34,439 bases of DNA, from positions 1-34,439 of IMG/VR virus record IMGVR_UViG_3300047558_000033. One strand, given 5' to 3'. The notes beneath the pieces were generated by a model, which did not search any database, was not told the DNA's origin, and saw nothing but the letters and a program-made list of their open reading frames with translations. Positions 6,814 to 13,871 of the stretch are shown here, in pieces. The DNA comes from a virus. Lineage: Duplodnaviria; Caudoviricetes. A program made the translations under genes and the position numbers. Numbering within the stretch: position 1 is the stretch's first letter; every line of letters begins with the position of its first letter.

Positions 6814-6962
6814 TAGAAGCAGCTCGTAGTACACATATTTGGGCCTGAACAAGTGGTCGTGCAAGTTACCATCTTGCCGTTCATCATGTATGTGTTTGTA
6901 TAAAACTGGGCATTGGCGCTAATTGCAAGCGTTGCCAGGATGATTGCGATTGCTTTTTTCAT
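6813..6962 (-). CDS. Secreted Cys-rich peptide (49 aa)
   Basis: MKKAIAIILATLAISANA-QFYTNTYMMNGKMVTCTTTCSGPNMCTTSCF; AAGGAG SD; Sec signal with AxA site. Confidence 0.75.
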   Translation of the reverse strand: MKKAIAIILATLAISANAQFYTNTYMMNGKMVTCTTTCSGPNMCTTSCF

Positions 6963-6964
6963 GT

Positions 6965-7126
6965 TTACTCCTTTGTTAAAAACCATTCAGGGCGCAGTAG
7001 CTTGAGTTGCCAGATTCGTGCTTGTGGAACAGTCTTCCAAGCAGAAACGGCTGGCTGGCTGATTCCTAGCAACTTGGCAAGTTCATGCTGTGAGCCTGCG
7101 AGTTTGATAAATTTGTGTTTGTCCAT
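6965..7126 (-). CDS. cro: Cro-like HTH regulator (53 aa)
   Basis: Manual translation MDKHKFIKLAGSQHELAKLLGISQPAVSAWKTVPQARIWQLKLLRPEWF; first gene of the leftward unit. Confidence 0.85.
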   Translation of the reverse strand: MDKHKFIKLAGSQHELAKLLGISQPAVSAWKTVPQARIWQLKLLRPEWFLTKE

Positions 7127-7223
7127 AGCTTAGATTATGGCATAAGCTAGATTGTTGTTGTCAAGCAACATTTACAAAATATTTTTCTTGAAAGTTGTAA
7201 ACCTTGATAATCTGCGTTATAGT
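7125..7223. promoter_or_regulatory. Divergent promoters with three 14-bp operator-like sites
   Basis: Leftward TTGACA (7164-7159) and TG-C-CATAAT (-10 at 7139-7134). Rightward TTGTAA-17nt-TATAGT (7195-7223). Sites at 7125-7138, 7142-7155 and 7207-7220 share AYAATCTnnnYTAT. Confidence 0.7.
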
Positions 7224-7268
7224 TCAGTCATCCCGTAGCGCAACGCAAGCGGTAACTTAGGAAACATT

Positions 7269-7463
7269 ATGAAGATCAACGACACAACCCGCACATTCCC
7301 TCGCACACTTGAGGAAGCGTTCCCAGACAACGTGCAAGACCAGCAACGCCTGCAACAAGGCGAATGGATGGAAACACACACACCTGATTACGAAAAGTGG
7401 CTAAACATTGTTTATGCCTTTGCCGCAGGTTTTATCGTAGCAATGTTGGCATTTGGAGCGTAA
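7269..7463 (+). CDS. Hypothetical protein with C-terminal TM helix
   Basis: 64 aa, TTRTFPRTLEEAFP motif, AGGA SD. Confidence 0.75.
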   Translation: MKINDTTRTFPRTLEEAFPDNVQDQQRLQQGEWMETHTPDYEKWLNIVYAFAAGFIVAMLAFGA

Positions 7464-7465
7464 AC

Positions 7466-8011
7466 ATGAAAAACATCGCATCAGCTTTGGTCAAAGCTCA
7501 ACGTGAGTTTGGCCCTGCACTCAAAACTTCCACCAACCCACACTTTCGTTCTCGCTACGCTGATTTGTCAGCTTGTATTGAGGCTGTGATTGACGCGCTT
7601 AACAACAACGGCATTTTCCTCTTGCAAAAGAACTATGACTGCGCCGATGGAATCATGGTTGAGACTGTGTTTGTCCACGAATCAGGCGAAATGCTTGAAT
7701 GTGGAATCGTTCACTTTCCTGCCACCAAGAAAGACCCACAAGGTTACGCTTCTGCGTTGACATACGGTCGCCGTTACAGCTTGATGGCGGCTTGCGGTAT
7801 CGCACCAGAAGATGACGATGGCAATAAAGCCTCACGCCCTGGAAAAACTGTTGTGGATATGACTGACCACATCACAGCAATCCAAGATGCAACTGACGAA
7901 ACATCACTTAAAGCGGCTTACCAAGCTGCTTACAAAGCCTGCGGCACAGACGCTAACTGGCAAAAGAAAATCATTGCGGTCAAAGATGAAAAGAAAGCGA
8001 GTTTGAAATGA
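7466..8011 (+). CDS. erf: ERF-family single-strand annealing protein
   Basis: KTSTNPHFRSRYADL...HESGE...PQGYASALTYGRRYSL...EDDDGN; start reassigned to 7466. Confidence 0.93.
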   Translation: MKNIASALVKAQREFGPALKTSTNPHFRSRYADLSACIEAVIDALNNNGIFLLQKNYDCADGIMVETVFVHESGEMLECGIVHFPATKKDPQGYASALTYGRRYSLMAACGIAPEDDDGNKASRPGKTVVDMTDHITAIQDATDETSLKAAYQAAYKACGTDANWQKKIIAVKDEKKASLK

Positions 8012-8178
8012 ACCAATCAACAAGATATTTTTTTGCTGGTTTAGCCATGCAAGTTATTTATCAAAGATGGATTGATAACAATTGGGATGTTTTAGAACAT
8101 CAAGAAATTTTAGAATCTATAGCGCAAGAAGCATTTTTAATAGCTGACGCAATGATGGAACAGGGTGAATTGAAATGA
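8008..8178 (+). CDS. Hypothetical 56-aa protein (RxFFAxxAM...AxxxADAM family)
   Basis: Manual translation; ATGA overlaps at both ends; AT-rich. Confidence 0.7.
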   Translation: MNQSTRYFFAGLAMQVIYQRWIDNNWDVLEHQEILESIAQEAFLIADAMMEQGELK

Positions 8179-8807
8179 TTGAACAAGGTTCACCAGAATG
8201 GTTTGCTCAACGATTGGGCAAAGTTACCGCTAGCCGTGTTGCTGACGTTATCGCCAAGACCAAGACAGGCTATTCCACAAGTCGTGACAACTACATGGCT
8301 CAGTTAGTATGTGAACGCATGACAGGCGTTGTAGCGGAATCGTATTCCAATGCAGCTATGCAACACGGCACAGAAACAGAACCACTTGCTAGGGCAGCGT
8401 ATGAGGCTTATGCAGACGTTTTAGTGGATGAGGTGGCCATGATTCCACATCCAACGATTGAGCAGGCTGGCGCTTCTCCTGACGGGCTTGTGGACATTGT
8501 TGGTCAACTTGAGATTAAGTGTCCCAACACGGCAACGCACATTGACACATTGCTGACCGAGACTGTGCCAGGTAAGTACAACACCCAAATGCAATGGCAA
8601 ATGGCTTGCACAGGTCGCCAATGGTGTGACTTTGTGTCTTTCGACCCACGGTTGCCAAAAGAACTTCAATTGTTTGTAAGGCGTGTCTATCGTGACAACG
8701 CATACATTCAAATGCTTGAAGAAGAAGTCAAAAAGTTCCTTGCTGAACTGGATGGCAAAATTAAGAAACTAAACGAACTGAAAGAAGAATATGGCAACAA
8801 TTTATGA
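8175..8807 (+). CDS. YqaJ / lambda-exonuclease family recombination nuclease
   Basis: QGSPEWFAQRLGKVTAS...GASPDGLV...LEIKCP...QMQWQM. Confidence 0.93.
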   Translation: MIEQGSPEWFAQRLGKVTASRVADVIAKTKTGYSTSRDNYMAQLVCERMTGVVAESYSNAAMQHGTETEPLARAAYEAYADVLVDEVAMIPHPTIEQAGASPDGLVDIVGQLEIKCPNTATHIDTLLTETVPGKYNTQMQWQMACTGRQWCDFVSFDPRLPKELQLFVRRVYRDNAYIQMLEEEVKKFLAELDGKIKKLNELKEEYGNNL

Positions 8808-9018
8808 AGTAACTGTCCGCGCAGGCACATACCAAAAAGACGGTCAAGAGAAAGTGCGTTATCAGCGTATCGGCTCAGTCATCGAAACAAAGAAAGGCCC
8901 GATGCTGAAACTTGACCAAGTGCCGCTAGTCGAAGGCGGTTGGGAAGGTTGGGCGTATTTGTTCACACCAAAAGAAGACAAAGCGCCAGCCAAGTCATTT
9001 GACGATGTAGAGTTTTGA
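8791..9018 (+). CDS. Small SSB-like protein
   Basis: Beta-rich 75 aa with acidic-Phe tail FDDVEF; follows ERF and the exonuclease. Confidence 0.6.
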   Translation: MATIYEVTVRAGTYQKDGQEKVRYQRIGSVIETKKGPMLKLDQVPLVEGGWEGWAYLFTPKEDKAPAKSFDDVEF

Positions 9019-9023
9019 TTAAC

Positions 9024-9110
9024 GGGGTGAAAACGGATGTTGTTAGATAACGCTCAACCAAGTGATTTAGTTCATGCGGTGCAGCCCTAACAAACGCAGT
9101 CAGTAGCCCC
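9024..9110 (+). ncRNA. Candidate structured RNA with bulged-G (loop E-type) motif
   Basis: GGGGT/GCCCC closing stem, GAA opposite AGTA, inner stem TTGTTAG/CTAACAA; intergenic. Confidence 0.5.
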
Positions 9111-9132
9111 ACCCATTTGCATAGGAACCAAT

Positions 9133-9435
9133 ATGTTTGAATTTATACGAGCAAGAGCAACAGACGCAATCACCAGCTTCAAAGCGGCTGATTCCATCAA
9201 AGACGTAGCCAAGATGCACCAAGAAGTCATTGTGGCGTGTTTGCAACGGTTTGGCCCATTGGGTAAAGATGGGATTGCACAGCGCACAGGACTTGAGAGC
9301 AATCAGGTAGCCAGACGGATGAACGAACTTCAGAAACTAGATTTGATCGAGCTTACAGGCAATCAGGTGCAATCTAAAAGCGGCAGGGCAGAACGTGAAT
9401 GGCGTTTTAAACCAATACAGCAGGAATTGCTGTGA
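9133..9435 (+). CDS. Winged-helix DNA-binding protein
   Basis: RARATDAITS...GKDGIAQRTGLESNQVARRMNELQKLDLIE...SGRAEREW. Confidence 0.75.
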   Translation: MFEFIRARATDAITSFKAADSIKDVAKMHQEVIVACLQRFGPLGKDGIAQRTGLESNQVARRMNELQKLDLIELTGNQVQSKSGRAEREWRFKPIQQELL

Positions 9436-9477
9436 TTGAGTTAGTAATAATTTGACTTTTGATTGATTGGATGCTTG

Positions 9478-10074
9478 ATGATGTTTAAACATTACACATA
9501 CATTCATAGATGCAAAGATGATATTTCACGCATTTTCTATGTTGGGAAAGGTTCTGGAAATCGTGTTAATTCAGATTTTCATAGGAGCAAACATTGGAAA
9601 AGCATAGTTGCAAAACATGGAATCATCACAGAAAAAGTTGCATTTTGGGAAACGCATCAGCAAGCACTAGAACATGAAAAATTTTTAATCTTTTGCTTTA
9701 GAAGCATGGGCATAAAACTTTGCAATCAAACAGATGGTGGAGATGGCGTTACAGGTTATGTGCCTTCACAAGAACAACGTAAAAAATTGTCAGAAAGAAT
9801 GAAAAATTTTGTTTTTTCAGAAGAAGCAAAAGCAAAAATATCAATTGCTAACTTAGGAAATAAATATAGACTTGGTCATAAAAATTCAGAAAAACATAAA
9901 GCAATAATTGCTTCTATTTGGAAAGGTAAAAAACTTTCTGAAGAACATAAGAAAAAATTGTCATTAGCAAAAATAGGTAAAAAAAGAAGTGATGAGACAA
10001 AAAGAAAAATATCAGAAGCACATCAAAGAAGAAAAGAAAATGCAAGTAGAAATTATCAATTGTTTCCATCCTAA
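9478..10074 (+). CDS. GIY-YIG-like homing endonuclease with NUMOD3 repeats
   Basis: YTYIH...FYVGKG...R...E...LCNQTDGGDG followed by repeats such as SEEHKKKLS and SDETKRKIS; very AT-rich. Confidence 0.85.
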   Translation: MMFKHYTYIHRCKDDISRIFYVGKGSGNRVNSDFHRSKHWKSIVAKHGIITEKVAFWETHQQALEHEKFLIFCFRSMGIKLCNQTDGGDGVTGYVPSQEQRKKLSERMKNFVFSEEAKAKISIANLGNKYRLGHKNSEKHKAIIASIWKGKKLSEEHKKKLSLAKIGKKRSDETKRKISEAHQRRKENASRNYQLFPS

Positions 10075-10297
10075 GTATGTACCAACGTATATGCCAGAAT
10101 TTTTAACAACGATTCGCAAAGAATCAGCGGCTAAAGAAAACGGTGAGAAGTTTGGTGCAAAGTCTCGCGCTACAAGGGAAAGCGTGAACTCTAGTGTCAA
10201 CACAATTAGTGCGTTTCCCAAGACTAAGCGTGTTTCACTTGCGCCAACAGATTTTTTGGTTTATTCAAGGGCAGGGATGCCAAAGGGGGTTAAATGA
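10040..10297 (+). CDS. Hypothetical 85-aa protein
   Basis: MQVEIINCFHPKYVPTYMPEF...; start reassigned to 10040. Confidence 0.65.
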   Translation: MQVEIINCFHPKYVPTYMPEFLTTIRKESAAKENGEKFGAKSRATRESVNSSVNTISAFPKTKRVSLAPTDFLVYSRAGMPKGVK

Positions 10298-10497
10298 GTG
10301 AATCAGCTTTTCCTTGGAAAGATTATGACGGCCAAGGTGATGTTTGCGATGTTTATGCAGGAATGACATTGCGCGATTACTTTGCTGCCAAAGCGTTTCA
10401 AGCCCGTCTTGAAAAATACAATGATTGGACACTTGATGAACTTTCTAGTCAGGCGTATAAAGATGCAGATGCAATGCTGAAAGCGAGGCAAGAATGA
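10294..10497 (+). CDS. Hypothetical phage protein (AFP...GMTLRDYFAAKA...ADAML family)
   Basis: Characteristic motif; coupled to neighbours. Confidence 0.8.
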   Translation: MSESAFPWKDYDGQGDVCDVYAGMTLRDYFAAKAFQARLEKYNDWTLDELSSQAYKDADAMLKARQE

Positions 10498-10670
10498 GTG
10501 ACGGTGGCAAAGGCGATACACAACGCCCAACAGATCACAAGAAATGGTCAAATAACTACGACCATATTAAGTGGACAGTAGAAGAAGATGAAGAATTCAA
10601 ACGCATCGAATCTAGAGCTAGTGATGGCTTACCAAAGCGACCTACGCCGAGCAACGATCTGGCAAGATAG
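10494..10670 (+). CDS. Hypothetical 58-aa protein
   Basis: MSDGGKGDTQRPTDHKKWSNNYDHI...; ATGA overlap. Confidence 0.6.
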   Translation: MSDGGKGDTQRPTDHKKWSNNYDHIKWTVEEDEEFKRIESRASDGLPKRPTPSNDLAR

Positions 10671-10776
10671 AGACGAAAACACCGCCAGAGTGAGAGCTTT
10701 GGCGGTGTGGCATTGCAAGGTTTGTGACGAATACTTTGATTCTTTAAAAAAAGCAAAGGGACATACACATGGATAA
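10588..10776 (+). CDS. Small Zn-finger-like protein
   Basis: WHCKVCDEYFDSLKKAKGHTH; the true start may be the internal MAYQS. Confidence 0.55.
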   Translation: MKNSNASNLELVMAYQSDLRRATIWQDRDENTARVRALAVWHCKVCDEYFDSLKKAKGHTHG

Positions 10777-10873
10777 CATTTCAATCATCTTAATTTTGCT
10801 TCTGACAGGCGCAATCCTATTTTGTGGGATTTTTGGCCTTGTGCTGTCGTTGATGGTGGCTTTAGACAATTGA
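10769..10873 (+). CDS. 34-aa membrane peptide
   Basis: MDNISIILILLLTGAILFCGIFGLVLSLMVALDN; AAGGGA SD; converges on the endolysin end. Confidence 0.5.
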   Translation: MDNISIILILLLTGAILFCGIFGLVLSLMVALDN

Positions 10874-11515
10874 AGCTAGGCACTTGTCGTATTTAGCTTG
10901 ACGTTCTGCCAAGCCAATAAGACCGCCGTTAATCTTCTTGGTCATCCCCGCAATGTCGCCTTTGTCTGCGAATGTGGAAAGGGAATTCGTTTTCCAGAAC
11001 CATCCTGCTGACCTTGCGGCATACATAGGTTCAAGAAGCAAATCAGGATTGCCGACAAGATCAACACCCAAAGAAGTTCCGCAACGCGCATAGTTGTCCT
11101 TTCCTGTGAGTTGTTTAAGCCCACGACCACGGTATTTCCAACCCTCGCCAGATTCAGCAGGGCCGTTGCCCATGCGTGACGAATAGACAAGGTTAGCGAT
11201 AAGTTCAGGCTTGCCAGCGATTGAGTTAGCCACCGCAGTAGGAACTAGCTTTCCGTTCTCTTTAACGGGCTTCTTATCCGCGCCAAGAACAGCAAAACGG
11301 TTAGGCCAACAAGCAGCCAAAGTCGCAGCGCGGTAATTAAGATTCTCGAAAAGCATCGTATAGCCGCCAGATTCGTGCGAAGTCTGAGCGATAAACGCCG
11401 CAATCCTTTGAGGCGTGTTGATTTCAAATTCTTGGCAAACGGCAACAATTGCTTCAATCCACTTGGCAGGGTCTTTAACACCAGCCGCAGCTAAGTTAAA
11501 TCCTGTGGGTGTCAT
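10862..11515 (-). CDS. Endolysin, glycoside hydrolase family 19
   Basis: RIAAFIAQTSHESGG...ENLNY...GWKYRGRGLKQLTGKDNY...SAGWFW...TKKINGG. Confidence 0.95.
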   Translation of the reverse strand: MTPTGFNLAAAGVKDPAKWIEAIVAVCQEFEINTPQRIAAFIAQTSHESGGYTMLFENLNYRAATLAACWPNRFAVLGADKKPVKENGKLVPTAVANSIAGKPELIANLVYSSRMGNGPAESGEGWKYRGRGLKQLTGKDNYARCGTSLGVDLVGNPDLLLEPMYAARSAGWFWKTNSLSTFADKGDIAGMTKKINGGLIGLAERQAKYDKCLASIV

Positions 11516-11991
11516 TTGTCTTCCTTCATCTTCTTGTCCACATCTTCTTGCGCCTTGTTAGACGAACCAAAGAAGAAACGAATCAAACTGTTAACGGCAG
11601 TACCAATAAGAAAGCCAAGAATGATGTTGATGAAGTCGCGGTTGTGGTTGTCGATCGGCATGAAAGACACAGCCGCAAAGTAGATAAACGAAGCAATCGT
11701 AATGAACCAAGCGTAGTTTTGAGAGAACTTGCGGGTTGATTCGTCATTCATATACATATCCGTAGCGCGTTGGGTGGACTTCTCATCGAGTGCAGCCATG
11801 AATTCAGAATGACGGTTAGCTTCTTCCTGCAACTTAGCGTTGTATTCTGGGGTCGCCTCGCCTTCTGGCTTGAGTTCCATGCCCAACTTAGACTGAACGG
11901 CATCAACGCCTTTTTCAATCACTTCGTCAGCAACTTTGTGCATCCCGTTGTTAATCAGGTTCGCTACGATTCCCGCTACTATTGGCAACAT
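11512..11991 (-). CDS. Putative holin (3TM/GTA-holin-like)
   Basis: Two C-terminal TM segments ending in FFFGSS; directly upstream of the endolysin. Confidence 0.7.
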   Translation of the reverse strand: MLPIVAGIVANLINNGMHKVADEVIEKGVDAVQSKLGMELKPEGEATPEYNAKLQEEANRHSEFMAALDEKSTQRATDMYMNDESTRKFSQNYAWFITIASFIYFAAVSFMPIDNHNRDFINIILGFLIGTAVNSLIRFFFGSSNKAQEDVDKKMKEDK

Positions 11992-12277
11992 TTGATTTTT
12001 CCTTTCTTAATTCATCTTTCAACTTTTTGACTTGCCTGATCTCATATTGGATTTCCGATCGCAACTTCATGTAGTCAACAACAACCAACATTGATACAGG
12101 CAATGCCAAAAACAACACTATTGATAGGATTACAACGCCAACTATGAACCACCTTGTATCCTCACGAGCCATCCGAGCGACAGCATGAACGCCCACATCC
12201 ATAGAACCACTAGAAAGACCGTTACCGTTACCACCGCCCGATCTACCCTGTGATTGCGTAGGAGTTCTCGTTGCCAC
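11951..12277 (-). CDS. Membrane protein of the lysis module
   Basis: One TM segment followed by a coiled coil; overlaps the upstream gene by 136 nt. Confidence 0.6.
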   Translation of the reverse strand: MATRTPTQSQGRSGGGNGNGLSSGSMDVGVHAVARMAREDTRWFIVGVVILSIVLFLALPVSMLVVVDYMKLRSEIQYEIRQVKKLKDELRKEKSNVANSSGNRSEPD

Positions 12278-12894
12278 TTTGCATCTCTTTCGTTTTTGCG
12301 TTTGAGTTGCCTAGCAAACTCTTGTTCCTCAAGAATCAGGTCATACATCTCAAGAAAACGGCTGTAAATCGCCCTTAATTCTTTAGGCGCATAGACCATC
12401 GCTTCCCTAATCTGCACAGTCATGTTTTCAAGTTGAAGTTCAATCTCCACCCTGTCAATCGCACTGTCTTCAATTGTCGTAGTCGTCTTGGAGATTTCTT
12501 CCAATTCAAGACAGTGTGCTTTTAGATTTCTGCGAATCTCAAAAAACGTCTTCAGTTGCTCACAAACTTGATGAATGGCTTGTGTTTGATATTCCTCATA
12601 ACTAAGCTCTGGCTCTTTATGCTTTGTTTTCTTGACTGCTGGAACAATCGCCTCAGTCTTAATGGGTTCAGCAACAGCAACCGTTCTTTTTGCTGGCTGT
12701 TTGCCAAACAGACCGAGAAGCCACGACCATAAGCCCGTAACTTCCTTGTAGATTGCTTTGGCATCCCCAATCCCTTTTTCTACGGTTGATTTGAGTTTGC
12801 TAATCTCAGCTTTACCTTCAGACAGCATCTCACAGCCCTTACGGACTGCCGCGACAGCCGCTTGAGCCGCCATGAGAAGGGAAATCGGGTCAAT
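12142..12894 (-). CDS. Coiled-coil protein with C-terminal TM helix; probable ATT start at 12894 (first ATG at 12873)
   Basis: 243+ aa ORF; SD GAGGTGA sits just before the in-frame ATT GAC CCG ATT TCC. Confidence 0.75.
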   Translation of the reverse strand: MDPISLLMAAQAAVAAVRKGCEMLSEGKAEISKLKSTVEKGIGDAKAIYKEVTGLWSWLLGLFGKQPAKRTVAVAEPIKTEAIVPAVKKTKHKEPELSYEEYQTQAIHQVCEQLKTFFEIRRNLKAHCLELEEISKTTTTIEDSAIDRVEIELQLENMTVQIREAMVYAPKELRAIYSRFLEMYDLILEEQEFARQLKRKNERDAKWQRELLRNHRVDRAVVTVTVFLVVLWMWAFMLSLGWLVRIQGGS

Positions 12895-12902
12895 GGCTCA
12901 CC

Positions 12903-13127
12903 TCACTTGTCGGCTTTACCATCTAGCTTGTCAAAGATTTGTTTCAGCATATCTTTAATCTCACGCATATCTGAACGGTAATCGTCTTTTTGCACATAGT
13001 CATGTGGCAAAGTCTTTAACTCGTCTTCCATGCGCTGAATCTGTCTAGTCAAATTGTTAATGACGTAGATAGCCAAGAAGCCAGCAACGCTGACCACTAA
13101 GTTAAATAGCTGTTGGTTGTCCATCAT
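12903..13127 (-). CDS. Small membrane protein (lysis module)
   Basis: N-terminal TM segment, then LPHDYVQKDDY...IFDKLDGKADK. Confidence 0.75.
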   Translation of the reverse strand: MMDNQQLFNLVVSVAGFLAIYVINNLTRQIQRMEDELKTLPHDYVQKDDYRSDMREIKDMLKQIFDKLDGKADK

Positions 13128-13651
13128 TTATCCACAGGTTCAGGCGTGTTGCCTTCTGACAAAGAACGCTTTTTTGTTGCAGAGATTCTGCGCTTAGTTT
13201 CATCTGACAATTTACGCCCCCTTTGCGCGTTTCCAACCTTGCACTTTGTCTCGGCTGAAAGTTTAGTTCCAAGTTTTGCTTGTCTCAGTTTCTCACGATG
13301 CTCTGGCGTAAAAGCGGGTCTGTTTGGTCGTTCAGCCATTTGCTTCTTAACCTGTTCAGAATAGTTTTCTCTTGCCTGTGCATACGTTGTTGAGTTGACC
13401 TTGCCATATTTACCCAAGTTGCTCATCATAAAGAAAGAGCGACCTGCAACACCACCACAAGCCTTCCAAAGCATCCAATGTGCAATGTAGTGCTGTCGTG
13501 GTGTCAACTTGATTAAATTGTCCTTATCATTAGAGCCGCCAAGACTGCGTGGCACGATGTGATGCACTTCGCAATAGCCATCCACAGATTGCCCTTTTAA
13601 GGCATCCATGAACCGCTTGTAACGGCTGTAATGATGTTGACTTTTAACCAT
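13124..13651 (-). CDS. HNH homing endonuclease with NUMOD3 repeats
   Basis: EVHHIVPRSLGGSNDKDNLIKLTPRQHYIAHWML, then TPEHREKL, SAETKCKV, SDETKRRIS. Confidence 0.92.
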   Translation of the reverse strand: MVKSQHHYSRYKRFMDALKGQSVDGYCEVHHIVPRSLGGSNDKDNLIKLTPRQHYIAHWMLWKACGGVAGRSFFMMSNLGKYGKVNSTTYAQARENYSEQVKKQMAERPNRPAFTPEHREKLRQAKLGTKLSAETKCKVGNAQRGRKLSDETKRRISATKKRSLSEGNTPEPVDK

Positions 13652-13871
13652 TTGGTAACAGCTTTGCGATTGTTTCAGTAGCCCATTCTTGAGTTACTGT
13701 GCCGCCTTCTTCTGCTGGTTCTGGAAGGTTTCCTTCCTGAAGCCACTTAGCAAATTGCTGTGCATCTGTGTTGGCAGGGTCGAATGGGATGCAAGCGTTG
13801 TCGCTTGTGCGGATAATTGCGTTTTCCACAAGTTGACCATTCATGTCTTTGTATTGTTTAAACATAATCAA
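13644..13871 (-). CDS. Tail fibre-associated (assembly/chaperone-like) protein
   Basis: IPFDPANTD...WLQEGNLPEPA motif; follows the tail fibre gene. Confidence 0.7.
   Translation of the reverse strand: MIMFKQYKDMNGQLVENAIIRTSDNACIPFDPANTDAQQFAKWLQEGNLPEPAEEGGTVTQEWATETIAKLLPNG

Noticed and set aside
9436-10074. Group I intron around the GIY-YIG/NUMOD3 gene
   Set aside because: The flanking genes look complete and there is no room for intron core elements, so it is treated as free-standing.
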